Of a stretch of DNA of 64,000 nucleotides, positions 48,907 to 59,371 are shown piece after piece. The stretch covers positions 448,001 through 512,000 of the forward strand of contig CAWEPK010000008.1 of NCBI GenBank assembly GCA_963810935.1. The letters run 5' to 3'. The position numbers and the translations under genes were made by a program. Numbering within the stretch: position 1 is the first letter of the stretch; every line of letters begins with the position of its first letter. The DNA comes from an uncultured delta proteobacterium. GTDB lineage: Bacteria; Desulfobacterota; Syntrophorhabdia; Syntrophorhabdales; WCHB1-27. The notes below the pieces were generated by a model. That model did not search any database and had not been told where the DNA came from. It was given only the letters and a program-made list of their open reading frames with translations.

Positions 48907-50033
48907 TCGTCCATCTCATGCACCATCCTATTAGTGCCAAACGGTTCGTTGAACCGCTTGTCAATTCATTGATAAACGCCGGAATCGAGGCCGAATTATG
49001 GGTAGAGCATAGAGAGGCCTTATCACACTTTGTCGCCGCTATTAGCTGCCCGAAGTCTCCGGCTTCTTTTGACCTATCAATTAATCCACTTAGGAACCTA
49101 ACTAGGCTATTTCGCTTATTACGGCGCATGTACACCAAGAGACCGACGGCTGTCTGTGCGCATCAAACACGCGGGGCTCTCTTACCGTTGGCAGCATCTA
49201 AAATGGCGGGCGTGAGAACCCGCATATACCACAATCACGGCACTCCTTATATCGGTTATTCCGGTACGCTAAGATTACTACTTTGGCTCGTTGATCGCCT
49301 AAACTGCATGCTCGCATCCCATGTTACGACCGTAAGCTTCCCGTTGCGAGAAAGAATGATAGCCAGTCATCTAGTCTCCGAGACTAAGTGTCATGTAATA
49401 GGTAAGGGCTCTGCGTGTGGAATAGACCTAACTGAATACAATGGATTAGGTCCACAGAACGCCGATTATGAACGTTTCAGGGAAGACTTGGGGATACCCT
49501 CCAATGAATACGTTGTGACATACGTCGGTCGTCCGGTGAGAAGAAAGGGGTTCTCAATGCTGCTTGACGCATGGAAAGGTAGCCAGCTGAATACACCAGG
49601 CAACCGATTACTTTTGATTGGGTGCACACCGGCAGATGTTGGTCGAGTGCTTGGTAAACTTCCTTCAACTGTGACGGCGGTGGGTTTTGTTGTCAATATT
49701 TCTTTGTACTATGCGGTATCCGATGTCGTAGTCTTGCCAAGCGAACATGAAGGATTCCCGTATGCCATTCTCGAGGCGGCAGCGGCGGGTAAGCCAAGCG
49801 TAGCAAGTAATATACCGGGTGTGTCGGACTTTATTAAGAATGAAATCAATGGACTACTATTCGATGCGCAGGATGTGGGTGCGCTTACGAGGGCTCTTAT
49901 CCGACTAAAGTCTGACGGGGAGTTAAGACGGAGACTGGGAATCGCGGGGCGACAGGTTGTAGATGAGTTCTATGACAGAGATGTATTTTTAAAAGACTAC
50001 GTGTCCTTCATTGAGAAAGTCGTTTTTACATAA
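48903..50033 (+). CDS. Glycosyltransferase family 4
   Basis: VGRPVRRKG, LPSEHEGFPYAILEAAAAG (EX7E). Confidence 0.92.
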   Translation: MIVHLMHHPISAKRFVEPLVNSLINAGIEAELWVEHREALSHFVAAISCPKSPASFDLSINPLRNLTRLFRLLRRMYTKRPTAVCAHQTRGALLPLAASKMAGVRTRIYHNHGTPYIGYSGTLRLLLWLVDRLNCMLASHVTTVSFPLRERMIASHLVSETKCHVIGKGSACGIDLTEYNGLGPQNADYERFREDLGIPSNEYVVTYVGRPVRRKGFSMLLDAWKGSQLNTPGNRLLLIGCTPADVGRVLGKLPSTVTAVGFVVNISLYYAVSDVVVLPSEHEGFPYAILEAAAAGKPSVASNIPGVSDFIKNEINGLLFDAQDVGALTRALIRLKSDGELRRRLGIAGRQVVDEFYDRDVFLKDYVSFIEKVVFT

Positions 50034-50155
50034 ACTGGGCCAACCAGACTCAGACGGACGCGGACATGAAATCGCCATTACCGGCAAGCGGCTATATGGG
50101 AAGCATTACGGCCCAAAGGATATTGACTGCCTGAAAGCAGGCGATCGGCAAACTC

Positions 50156-50701
50156 ATGACCCGAATATTGACAATCTTTTTTGCGCTTTGCGTGTGTCTC
50201 GCCGGTCTCATTGGCGCGGCGAGCGCGGCGGATAACGAGACCAGCCGGCAGACGCTTGCGGGCCTGGGGGGCGTTTATGTTGTCGTCGAGGACTTGCAGC
50301 CGAACATTGTAAAGCTGTCCGATAGGTTCGGCTTCGGCAAAGACCAGATGCGGAAAGATGTGGAAGCGACGCTACGGGCAGCGGGGATAAGGCCGCTCGG
50401 CCGTGAGGAATGGCTTGCGACACCAGGGCGCCCTATCCTCTATGTAGCTCTGAACACCGATCAACAGGGGCGGTACCAGTGGGCATACAACATAAAGATA
50501 GAGGTCCAGCAGATTGCATCACTCGAAGTCAACCCCGCTAAAAAAGCGATGGTAGCCACGTGGTCGACCAATATGACGGGCGTCGTTGACCTCGGCGGCC
50601 TAAAAGGCCTGGGCGGGCAGGTGAAGGTATTGACGAACGTGTTCGTAAAAGCCTTCCTTTCCGCAAACTCCCCCGCAGCGCGGCCCGCGCCGGCACGATA
50701 A
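50156..50701 (+). CDS. Exported hypothetical protein
   Basis: Signal peptide ending AASA; 181 aa with host-like codon usage. Confidence 0.7.
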   Translation: MTRILTIFFALCVCLAGLIGAASAADNETSRQTLAGLGGVYVVVEDLQPNIVKLSDRFGFGKDQMRKDVEATLRAAGIRPLGREEWLATPGRPILYVALNTDQQGRYQWAYNIKIEVQQIASLEVNPAKKAMVATWSTNMTGVVDLGGLKGLGGQVKVLTNVFVKAFLSANSPAARPAPAR

Positions 50702-50738
50702 CCCCCCTACCCCGCGCAATAGCATAACCTCAAAGCGC

Positions 50739-52121
50739 ATGCTGATAGGCCACATACCCAAGAAGAAGCTGTTTCTCGCGGCAGGCGACGTCGTCTTGCT
50801 TTCACTCGCCTATTTCCTGTCCCCGATCATACGGTTCGGCGTCTTCATTTTCGCCCCGTGGGACGGCATAGGTGAGTGGCTGGCCGTGCTCGTCCTGTAC
50901 CTTTTCTCCTTTTACATTTTCGACCTCTACGATACGGACCCGAGGCTGTCGAAGGCGACGGTGCTTGCCCGGTCGATAAGCGGGGTGCTCGCCGCTTCCG
51001 GCTTTTATATAATCGCGTCATTCTTGGTGAGAGACCTAGCGACGGGCCGGGGGCTCTTCGGGATCACGGCCGTATCGGCGGCTTTTTTCACTTATTTCTG
51101 GAGGATCTTCGTGCGCCGGTTCCTCCGCTACTATTATGCGCGCGGGGAAAGGAACCTTTTGATCGTGGGCGCGGGGCCGGCAGGCGTGGCCCTGTACGAG
51201 GCGCTCGGGGATTCGCCGTACAAGGTAGTCGGCTTCATAGACGACGACCCGGCATTGCTGGGTGTGTCGCATTCCCCGAAGGTCCTGGGCGCCAGCGACG
51301 CCCTCTGCGATCTTGTTGCCGACCGTCAGGCGGACGAGATCGCCGTTGCCGTGACGCACCTGGAAAGCGTCGAAAAGAGCGCGCTCTTGAGAGGGCTGGT
51401 AAGGTGCAAAATGCAGGGCGTGAGAATTCATACGATGTCCGCTCTTTATGAAATGGTGACCGGCAAGATACCCGTCACGCACATAAGCGACATCTGGTTC
51501 GTCAATACGGCCATGTCGGGCACAAGAAAGGGCATATACAACCCGAAGCTGAAAAGGCTGCTCGATATCGGCTTTTCCCTGGCCGGCCTCCTGTGCGGGC
51601 TTCCGTTCCTTTTGCCCCTCTGCATCGCGATCAAGCTCGATTCTAAGGGACCGGTTTTCTACAGGCAAAAACGGACGGGCGCCGACGACACAGTCTTCAA
51701 TCTGCTTAAGTTCCGCTCCATGATAGCGGACGCAGAGCAGAACGGCGCGGTCTGGGCACAGAAGCAAGACCCGAGGGTAACGAGGGTCGGAAGGGTAATG
51801 AGAAAGCTAAGGATAGACGAAGTCCCGCAAATTTATAACGTATTAAAGGGGGACCTGAGTTTCATCGGCCCCAGGCCGGAAAGGCCCGAATTCGTGGAAA
51901 TGCTCGAGAAGAAAATACCTTATTACGGCCTAAGGCACAGCGTAAAGCCGGGCATCACCGGCTGGGCCCAGGTGAACTACCCATATGGTGCGTCCGAGGA
52001 GGATGCACTGGAGAAATTGAAGTACGACCTCTATTACATCAAGAACCTGTCCGCTTTCCTGGACTTCCACATACTCTTGAGGACGCTGAGGGTGGTCCTG
52101 TTCCGGAAAGGGGCCCGGTAA
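50739..52121 (+). CDS. Priming undecaprenyl-phosphate sugar transferase (WcaJ/WbaP family, PEP-CTERM-associated type)
   Basis: KRLLDI, KFRSM, DPRVTRVG, RIDEVPQ, IGPRPE, KPGITGWAQVNYPYGAS, YDLYYIKN. Confidence 0.93.
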   Translation: MLIGHIPKKKLFLAAGDVVLLSLAYFLSPIIRFGVFIFAPWDGIGEWLAVLVLYLFSFYIFDLYDTDPRLSKATVLARSISGVLAASGFYIIASFLVRDLATGRGLFGITAVSAAFFTYFWRIFVRRFLRYYYARGERNLLIVGAGPAGVALYEALGDSPYKVVGFIDDDPALLGVSHSPKVLGASDALCDLVADRQADEIAVAVTHLESVEKSALLRGLVRCKMQGVRIHTMSALYEMVTGKIPVTHISDIWFVNTAMSGTRKGIYNPKLKRLLDIGFSLAGLLCGLPFLLPLCIAIKLDSKGPVFYRQKRTGADDTVFNLLKFRSMIADAEQNGAVWAQKQDPRVTRVGRVMRKLRIDEVPQIYNVLKGDLSFIGPRPERPEFVEMLEKKIPYYGLRHSVKPGITGWAQVNYPYGASEEDALEKLKYDLYYIKNLSAFLDFHILLRTLRVVLFRKGAR

Positions 52122-52150
52122 AAACTGGCAATGTAAGGACAGGAGAGGAG

Positions 52151-53035
52151 ATGGAAGGGAAAGAACAATACGCTGAAATAAGCATGCTGGATTATTTAAA
52201 GGTGATCTGGAAGCACAGGAAGCTGATCGCCATTATCACCCTTTGCGGAGCGGTGGCAACGGCCGTGGTCTCGCTATTCATGGCGCCCGTCTATGAGTCG
52301 AAGGCCGTGCTCATCCCCGCCGGGGTGCTGTCGAAAGACCAGGGCGCGTCTACGGCCCTTCTTGCCATGCAGTTCGGCATTGCCCCGCCTACCACGCCTG
52401 CCTCGGTGGAGATCGTCAACCTCATGAAGAGCAATATCCTGCGCACGAAGCTCATCCAAAAGTACAACCTTCTTCCGTTTTTCTTCACGAGGAAAGAGAT
52501 GCGGGGCAAGACGACTAACGAGCTCGAATGGAAGGGTCTCCGCTACCTGCAAAAGCATATGGTCGTTACCTTCACCCAGAAGGACAACCTGATAACGCTT
52601 GCCTTTCAGTACGGCGATCCCAATAAAACAGCCGAGATAGTCGGCTATATGCTGAGCGAGCTGAACGACCATATGAGCGGCGAAGCCAAGCGCGTAGCCG
52701 ATATGAACAAGCATTATCTGGAAGCCCAGCTCGATAAAACGGCGGACCCGTTTATCAAGGCCAAGCTTTACGCTCTCATCGCCCAGCAGATAGAAACATC
52801 GGTGATGGCAGAGGTGAAAGAAAATTTCTCGTTCAAGGTGCTCGACCCGCCCCGAGTGCCCGATAAGAAGATCAAGCCAAAGCGGATCTCGATGATACTG
52901 ATTGCCTTTCTTCTCTCTTTGATCGCCGGCGTCTTCGCTGCCTTTGTCTTCGATTACGTCCGAACGATTAGAGAACGGTCAAATATGAAGGATGAACGGG
53001 GAGGTACGTTACGTGAAGCAACATCTGACAATTAG
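52151..53035 (+). CDS. Wzz-like chain-length determinant
   Basis: EISMLDYLKVIWKHRK, PVYES, two TM helices, LDPPRVPDKKIKPKR. Confidence 0.88.
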   Translation: MEGKEQYAEISMLDYLKVIWKHRKLIAIITLCGAVATAVVSLFMAPVYESKAVLIPAGVLSKDQGASTALLAMQFGIAPPTTPASVEIVNLMKSNILRTKLIQKYNLLPFFFTRKEMRGKTTNELEWKGLRYLQKHMVVTFTQKDNLITLAFQYGDPNKTAEIVGYMLSELNDHMSGEAKRVADMNKHYLEAQLDKTADPFIKAKLYALIAQQIETSVMAEVKENFSFKVLDPPRVPDKKIKPKRISMILIAFLLSLIAGVFAAFVFDYVRTIRERSNMKDERGGTLREATSDN

Positions 53036-56000
53036 AAATCTCGCAATAGCGGCTATTTTCCTGACTGCGGCCGCAGGTTACGGATATGGACAAGCGCCGG
53101 GAGGTGCAGGCGGTTTTGCCCTTGCACCGCAGGGGCCGCCGATGACGGCGCCCGGAACAACGGTTGTCGGGCCGCAGGCGGCGGGCCCCTTCGCGCCGCA
53201 GGTCCTGACATTTCCCGGAGCGCAAGGAAGCCAGGCGTTGCAGCAGATGACGCCCGCCCAGAGGAGCGCAGCCGAGGCTGAGCTTGCAAGAACGGGCGGC
53301 CAGTTGACGCCCCAGGCGATAGATGCCTTAAGGGCCCGCCCGGACTTTAAAAACCTGAGCCCCGATGAGATTGTGAAAGGGAAGGAGCTGCTCGACAAAA
53401 AAGAAAACGAACCGGAAAAGAAAGAGGCGCTGGAAAAAGAAAAGACAGTCATCGGACAACAGCGGAAGATATCCTCCCTCTTCGACCGATACAGGATGCG
53501 GGGCAAATACCAGGAAATCTCTACAGACCTGCGGCCCTTCGGCTACGATTTCTTTGCCGGTGCGGGCGTATCGATCGCAACCGACAGGAAGGACGTACCG
53601 GTACCTTCTAAATATGTCGTAGGCCCTGGCGACGAAGTGAAGATTCTCATGTGGGGCAGGGTAAACGGCCAGTATAATCTCACAATCGACCGTAACGGCA
53701 ACATCACGCTTCCCCAGGTCGGTCCCCTTCACATAGCAGGCTTGAGCTTCGAGCAGATGGCGTCCTATCTCATCAAGCAGTCGGAACAGATCGTCGGCGC
53801 CAATATCGACATCACCATGGGCGCGCTCAAGACCATCCCCATTTTCGTGCTTGGGGACGTTGCAAGGCCCGGGGCTTACACGATCGGCTCTTTCGCCACC
53901 ATCACGGACGCCCTGATCATAGCCGGCGGACCATCAAACATAGGCTCGATGCGTAAAGTGCAGCTTCGCAGGAAGGATAAACTCATCACGACCTTCGACC
54001 TGTACGACCTGCTCATTAGGGGCGATAAATCGAAAGACATTATGCTGGAAGCGGGCGACGTAATCTTCGCCCCCGTGGTGGAATGCGTTGTCGGGGTGGC
54101 CGGAAACGTGAGAAGGCCGGCCATTTACGAGCTGAAAGATAAGAAGGACCTCCACAATCTTTTTGACCTTGCCGGCGGTATCATACCTACCGCCTACACG
54201 CAGCAGATCCAGGTGGAGAGGGTCGTGAAGAACGAGAGGGAGATCGTCGTTGACATCGACGATATGAACCTTACGAAGTCGCGCTCCACTCAGCTTCAGG
54301 ACGGCGATCTGGTCAAGGTCTTCAACATCGTGGAGAAAGACGTCAATGCCGTGATCATCAACGGGAACGTCAAAAGACCCGGCAAGTATGAGTACAGGCA
54401 GGGCATGAGGCTGAAGGACCTTTTGAAGTCGCCCGCCGACCTCCTGCCCGATACACATCTCGAGTACGGCCTTATCAAGAGGATGGCGCCGCCGGAGCTT
54501 AAGACCGAGCTTATCCCCTTCAGTCCGAAAAAGCTGCTCATCGACAATGACGGGCCGAGCAACATCGCGCTGATGCCGCTCGACCAGGTCTTTGTCTTCT
54601 CGAAGTGGTTCTTCAGGGACAGGCCCTTTGTCCGGGTTGAAGGAGAAGTAAGGAAGGCCGTGAGAAGGACCTTTCTCGATTTTACTGACGCCGATCAGGA
54701 ATACAAGCGGGCCTTCACGGGTGATTTCCCCAGCAGGATAAGGGGAGAAGCGCAGCCCGGAAGCGCGGGCGGCGAGGATGCAGGCTGGGTGCGGGACGTC
54801 AGGACTGAAGAGTCGGAGAGGGCAAGACCCGATTACGCGGAGAAGGGAGAGCCGCTCCCGGATAGGATAAAGGCCGACCTTGCGCAGAAGGGAGAGCTTC
54901 AGCCGGCAAGGACGCGGCCCGAATCCTCGCAAAAGGGGGAGCCGCCGGTGGAAGCAGCCAGACCCGGGATCAGGATCGACCTTACGGAAAAGATGACGAT
55001 CAGGGACGCCGTTACCGCTGCGGGCGGGCTTACGCGGGACGCATACCTGGCGGAGGCCGAGCTTTACCGGACCGACTGGTCGACGAAGCAGGTCACGCTC
55101 CTCAGGTTTAACGTAACGAAGGCGCTGGAAGGCGAGCCTGGGTCGAACCTGACACTCAAAGACCTCGACAGGATCGTTATCCACTCGCAGGCAGGGTATG
55201 CATACAAGAAGACGGTTTCCGTCGACGGAGCCATATTGAAGCCCGGCGTTTACCCTTACGCGGAAAAGATGACGGTTAAAGACCTCATATTTGCTTCGGG
55301 CAACGTGCTCGAATCTGCTTACCTCGCCGGCGCGGAAGTCTCTTCCCAGATCATCGTAGACGATAAACTTGTGAAGATCGAGCACAGGACGATCAACCTC
55401 AGAAAGGCACTGGAAGGGTCGCCCGAGGACAATATATTCCTTAGACCGTATGACAGGCTTTCGGTCAAGGCACTGTCGAACTGGGGCAAGGAAAGATTTG
55501 CCACGGTCACGGGTGAGGTCAGGTTCCCCGGCGCTTACGTACTCAGGGACGGCGAGAAGCTCTCCGACCTAATCGAGCGGGCGGGCGGTTATAAAGAGAC
55601 CGCTTATCTGCGCGGGTCAGTCTTTGTAAGGCAGAGCGTGAAGGAACTCCAGCAGAAGAACATGGAGGAGATGATCACGAGGATGGAGAGGGAGCTTTTG
55701 GCTGAAAGCTCGACGATAAACACCAGTTCGCCGGAAACCGTTCAAACGAAACAAATAGAACTCCAGCAGAAACAAGCCTTCATAGAATCCCTCAGGAGGC
55801 TGAAGGCGACCGGCAGGATGACCGTGAGGGTTGCCAACCTGCGGCTGCTGCGAGGAAGCGATTTTGATATCCCCCTGGAGAACGGCGACAGCCTTTTCAT
55901 ACCCATAGACAACAAGGTTGTAAACGTTATGGGCGCCGTAATGGCCAATGCCAGTCTTATCTACGCAGACAGGATTGCCCCCAAGGACTACATAAAGATG

Positions 56001-56285
56001 GCCGGCGGCTATTCACGCTATGCCGACTTGAAGCACACATACGTGCTCAAGGTCGACGGAAGCGCAACGAAACTATCCAGCGGTATGATTAACTGGAATG
56101 ACTCCAGGGACAGGTGGGAGATGGCGGGCTTCGGCACGGACGAAAGACCTGTTGAATCGGGCGATACCATAGTGGTGCCGGAGAAGCTAGAGCGCATAGC
56201 GTGGCTTCGCGAGATAAAGGACATCACGCAGATCCTTGCCCAGCTCGCAACCGCCACCGGGATTGTGTACCTGATCACAAAGTAG
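53013..56285 (+). CDS. Polysaccharide export protein with multiple SLBB domains (Wza/KpsD-like)
   Basis: PFGYDFF, YVVGPGDEV, IDRNGNITLPQVG; repeated VxGxVxxPGxY and AGG units. GTG 53013 has a GGAGGT SD; alternative start 52992. Confidence 0.9.
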   Translation: MKQHLTIRNLAIAAIFLTAAAGYGYGQAPGGAGGFALAPQGPPMTAPGTTVVGPQAAGPFAPQVLTFPGAQGSQALQQMTPAQRSAAEAELARTGGQLTPQAIDALRARPDFKNLSPDEIVKGKELLDKKENEPEKKEALEKEKTVIGQQRKISSLFDRYRMRGKYQEISTDLRPFGYDFFAGAGVSIATDRKDVPVPSKYVVGPGDEVKILMWGRVNGQYNLTIDRNGNITLPQVGPLHIAGLSFEQMASYLIKQSEQIVGANIDITMGALKTIPIFVLGDVARPGAYTIGSFATITDALIIAGGPSNIGSMRKVQLRRKDKLITTFDLYDLLIRGDKSKDIMLEAGDVIFAPVVECVVGVAGNVRRPAIYELKDKKDLHNLFDLAGGIIPTAYTQQIQVERVVKNEREIVVDIDDMNLTKSRSTQLQDGDLVKVFNIVEKDVNAVIINGNVKRPGKYEYRQGMRLKDLLKSPADLLPDTHLEYGLIKRMAPPELKTELIPFSPKKLLIDNDGPSNIALMPLDQVFVFSKWFFRDRPFVRVEGEVRKAVRRTFLDFTDADQEYKRAFTGDFPSRIRGEAQPGSAGGEDAGWVRDVRTEESERARPDYAEKGEPLPDRIKADLAQKGELQPARTRPESSQKGEPPVEAARPGIRIDLTEKMTIRDAVTAAGGLTRDAYLAEAELYRTDWSTKQVTLLRFNVTKALEGEPGSNLTLKDLDRIVIHSQAGYAYKKTVSVDGAILKPGVYPYAEKMTVKDLIFASGNVLESAYLAGAEVSSQIIVDDKLVKIEHRTINLRKALEGSPEDNIFLRPYDRLSVKALSNWGKERFATVTGEVRFPGAYVLRDGEKLSDLIERAGGYKETAYLRGSVFVRQSVKELQQKNMEEMITRMERELLAESSTINTSSPETVQTKQIELQQKQAFIESLRRLKATGRMTVRVANLRLLRGSDFDIPLENGDSLFIPIDNKVVNVMGAVMANASLIYADRIAPKDYIKMAGGYSRYADLKHTYVLKVDGSATKLSSGMINWNDSRDRWEMAGFGTDERPVESGDTIVVPEKLERIAWLREIKDITQILAQLATATGIVYLITK
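54819..54953 (+). repeat. Three degenerate 45-bp in-frame tandem repeats
   Basis: RARPDYAEKGEPLPD / RIKADLAQKGELQPA / RTRPESSQKGEPPVE. Confidence 0.7.
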
Positions 56286-56335
56286 GAGGAAGATAAGAAA
56301 ACTGTTCCCCGGCAATGATGATTAGAGAATAGAAT

Positions 56336-58468
56336 TTGTTGTGTAATCCACGCCGCGGTCAACTCTGCCCGGCCGTACCGTTTTCCTTCCGTCTTATCCG
56401 CAATTTCCCGTTTCGTCTTGCAGCCCTCTCGCTCTTTCTGCTGTTCATCCATTACTCATCGTTCGTAACGGTCGCCTTCGGCGGCGACGACCCCTTCATC
56501 GGCCCTTCGAACTGGGGGGCGACGGGACTCATGGAAATCCCGACGGCGAGGGTATTGAATGAAAACACCTTCCGCGTGGGGGCCGGCCAAGTTTATCCCT
56601 ATCGATATTATTACGGGGCGATGAGCATCTTAAAGGGACTGGAAGTCGACGGAAAGATAACGGAGGTTATAGGGGTCAAGGCGTTGTCCTCAAACTACGG
56701 AGACGAGAAAGACAAGTCAATCGATCTCAAATACCAATTCCTGCCCGAAGGAAAGTTATTCCCGGCCGTTGCCCTGGGCATAAGGGACCCGACAGGAAAC
56801 CGCCTTTATACGGGCCAGTATATAGTCGCAAGCAAACAGATTTATCCCTTCGATTTCACCCTTGGCTTCGGAGACGGCCGCTTCGGGAAACAGCCGCTTA
56901 TAGTGAACTCCACTAACGGGTTAGGGGCGGAGATATTCAACCATCCGAAACAATGGGCAACGCAATCGCAGCCTTTCTGGGGCATCCAGTTCTCCCCGTC
57001 GGAGAAGTATTCCCTGATGATGGAGTATAACCCGACCAGATACAACCGTCAGACGCCCGACCCAGCGCAGCCGAAATATTTTATGCGGCCGGCCCCCCTC
57101 CAGTACGATTTCGGCGTTCGCTGGCGGCCGTTCTCCTGGACCGAGATTGATCTGAGCTACCAGCGGGGAAACGAGATAGGACTCAACGTCTCATTCGCGT
57201 TCGACATCGGGCAGCCCCTCATCCCCATTTACAACAAGCCATATAAGGAAAAGCCTCAACCCATAGCCCTTAATCCGGAGGACAGGATGGCCCTCGCCCT
57301 GAAGACGCAGGGCTTCAGCGACATCGGCATCGACCTGACCGGCGAAACGCTGACGATAAGGGCCCAAAACGACAAGTATTTCTACTCCATGACGGCAGTG
57401 GGGATGATCATGAAGACCATCACGCCCATGCTGCCCGCTTCCACCGGCAAAGTACGCATAGTCCTTACCAGGATCGGCATACCCGTGTTCGAGCTGACAA
57501 CCTCGCGGGAAGATATCATAGACCTTTATGCAAACCGCCTTACTAAGGGAGAATTCTTCTACCTGTCGAAAATAAACACCGACCTCAAAGAGGCGCCGGA
57601 CATACCGACAAAGGACAAGAAATTTTTCATCCCCGGATGGAAGCCGTCATTCGAGACCCTCCTTAACGACCCGTCGGGGTACTTCAAATACAGGCTGGGC
57701 CTCGAGGGCTGGGTGGCTTGTAACCCATGGCAGGGCGCTTCTCTGGTCGGCGCGCTATCCACCTACCCTATAAACAATATCTCGACGTCGAACATACCTC
57801 CCGCCGAAGCGGTGAGAAGCGATATTTTCGCGTACAAGAAAGAAAACGTTAACCTGGCCAGATTGATGTACGACCAGGTCTACAAGCCGACGGAGAGTAT
57901 ATATACGCGGTTCGCCGCGGGCCTTCTGGAGGTAGAGTACGCGGGCCTTGACGCGGAGTTGGCAACACCACTGGCCGATGGAAGGTTCCTCGTGGGTTTG
58001 CAGGCTTCCATTGTCAAGAAGAGGGACCCCGGCAACTTCTTCGACATGAAGAAATACGCCGTGAAAGATTATTATGACGTGGAATTCCTCAACACACGCC
58101 TTAATATACCTGAACAGAACATGGCGATAGATTTGAAAACGGGCAGGTTCCTCGGCGGCGATTTCGGGACGCGCATCACGGTGATGAAGTTCGTAAAGGG
58201 AGTAACGTTGTATGCCTGGTACGGCGTCACGAATACATCGGTCTTCCATGACCCGAGCAACGTGGGCTACCGTGACAAAGGCATCGGCATCTCCATCCCT
58301 ATCCGGCTCTTCGACGGGACCGATTCAAGAACTTCTTACGATTACGCGGTTACGCCGTGGACCAGGGATGTGGCGCAAGACCTGGACCGTTACCAGAACC
58401 TCTTCGATGTCATAAGCCGGGATTCGAAGGTCTTTCTGGATCGGGAGAAAGGGATGGTAGACTGGTGA
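56336..58468 (+). CDS. YjbH/GfcD-family outer-membrane exopolysaccharide protein
   Basis: GATGLMEIPTAR, DKSIDLKY, YIVASK, DFTLGFG, GRFLGGDFG, DKGIGISIP, PWTRD. Start uncertain. Confidence 0.88.
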   Translation: MLCNPRRGQLCPAVPFSFRLIRNFPFRLAALSLFLLFIHYSSFVTVAFGGDDPFIGPSNWGATGLMEIPTARVLNENTFRVGAGQVYPYRYYYGAMSILKGLEVDGKITEVIGVKALSSNYGDEKDKSIDLKYQFLPEGKLFPAVALGIRDPTGNRLYTGQYIVASKQIYPFDFTLGFGDGRFGKQPLIVNSTNGLGAEIFNHPKQWATQSQPFWGIQFSPSEKYSLMMEYNPTRYNRQTPDPAQPKYFMRPAPLQYDFGVRWRPFSWTEIDLSYQRGNEIGLNVSFAFDIGQPLIPIYNKPYKEKPQPIALNPEDRMALALKTQGFSDIGIDLTGETLTIRAQNDKYFYSMTAVGMIMKTITPMLPASTGKVRIVLTRIGIPVFELTTSREDIIDLYANRLTKGEFFYLSKINTDLKEAPDIPTKDKKFFIPGWKPSFETLLNDPSGYFKYRLGLEGWVACNPWQGASLVGALSTYPINNISTSNIPPAEAVRSDIFAYKKENVNLARLMYDQVYKPTESIYTRFAAGLLEVEYAGLDAELATPLADGRFLVGLQASIVKKRDPGNFFDMKKYAVKDYYDVEFLNTRLNIPEQNMAIDLKTGRFLGGDFGTRITVMKFVKGVTLYAWYGVTNTSVFHDPSNVGYRDKGIGISIPIRLFDGTDSRTSYDYAVTPWTRDVAQDLDRYQNLFDVISRDSKVFLDREKGMVDW

Positions 58469-59001
58469 TGACAGAAAGATTTTCCAACATTTTCAGACAT
58501 GAGAAGGTCCGCGGAAGAAAAGCTGCCCTGTTCTGCGCTATTTTCGCCTGCCTGCTTTTCCTATGGCCCCTTCCCTCCCCGGCTTCCGCCAGTGAGACCG
58601 ACCGCGTCCTCGAGTCCGCCGAATCGGCGTTTAAGGCAATGAAGCAGCGAGACTATCCGGCAATATGGACGAACCTTAGCGAGAAATCGAGGAGGACCAT
58701 AGCCGGGGATGTTCACAAGGCCATGAGGAACGAGGACCGGGCGAGATACTCCCTGGAGGTGATAAAACAAGACTTCGACACGGGCGGTCCCGTCTCAAAA
58801 GAGTACTGGGAAGCTTTCCTTCAGAATTTCAATCCCGATGACGTGCTGGAGCAAAGCACATGGGAGATAGACTACGTAAAGAAAGAGACGGCTGAGATAT
58901 CTATTTTGTATAAGAAGTCCGAAAGCCCGGCCAGATTAAGGATGTACAAAGAGGACGGACGATGGAAGACCGGACTGGTTGAGACTTTTTGGGGCAGGTA
59001 A
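58468..59001 (+). CDS. Exported hypothetical protein
   Basis: ATG overlaps the yjbH-like stop (TGATG); hydrophobic signal segment; C-terminal MYKEDGRWK. Confidence 0.7.
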   Translation: MTERFSNIFRHEKVRGRKAALFCAIFACLLFLWPLPSPASASETDRVLESAESAFKAMKQRDYPAIWTNLSEKSRRTIAGDVHKAMRNEDRARYSLEVIKQDFDTGGPVSKEYWEAFLQNFNPDDVLEQSTWEIDYVKKETAEISILYKKSESPARLRMYKEDGRWKTGLVETFWGR

Positions 59002-59210
59002 TAGACTCAAGGAACAAAGCGGCCGCGGTCGATGGATCGACAGGCACAGGCGTTGCGCGCCGCTTTATCGCGCCCGCCGATGATAAGGTTAGGGGGAGAC
59101 AGGCAATAACAGTCATTTATTGACCTACTCGCCCTTCGTCGCTTTCGACAATTCCGTCCGTGGCCGCCAAACGGCTGTCCCAGACGGAATTCTTTTTTAG
59201 GAGGTGCAGC

Positions 59211-59273
59211 ATGACAGTGTCGGTTCTGGATGGTAAGAAGATTTTGATCGTAGATGTCGAGCCTGATGTGCTG
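59211..59273 (+). pseudogene. 5' remnant of a response-regulator receiver gene
   Basis: AGGAGG SD then MTVSVLDGKKILIVDVEPDVL (compare KKILIVDDEPDVL), after which similarity ends abruptly. Confidence 0.55.
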
Positions 59274-59371
59274 ACACGGGCGGCGACCCCCTTTCCGGGG
59301 GGGCGCTCACCGCGAACGGAGCGGCAACCCTTAACGGCACGCTCGCCGTGCGTTCGGCCGATTTCGACGGT

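Noticed and set aside
53934..55385. Long antisense ORFs (483 aa here; also 34474-35757 and 62574-63629)
   Set aside because: They lie opposite well-supported genes, have no recognisable motifs, and are expected in high-GC coding DNA.
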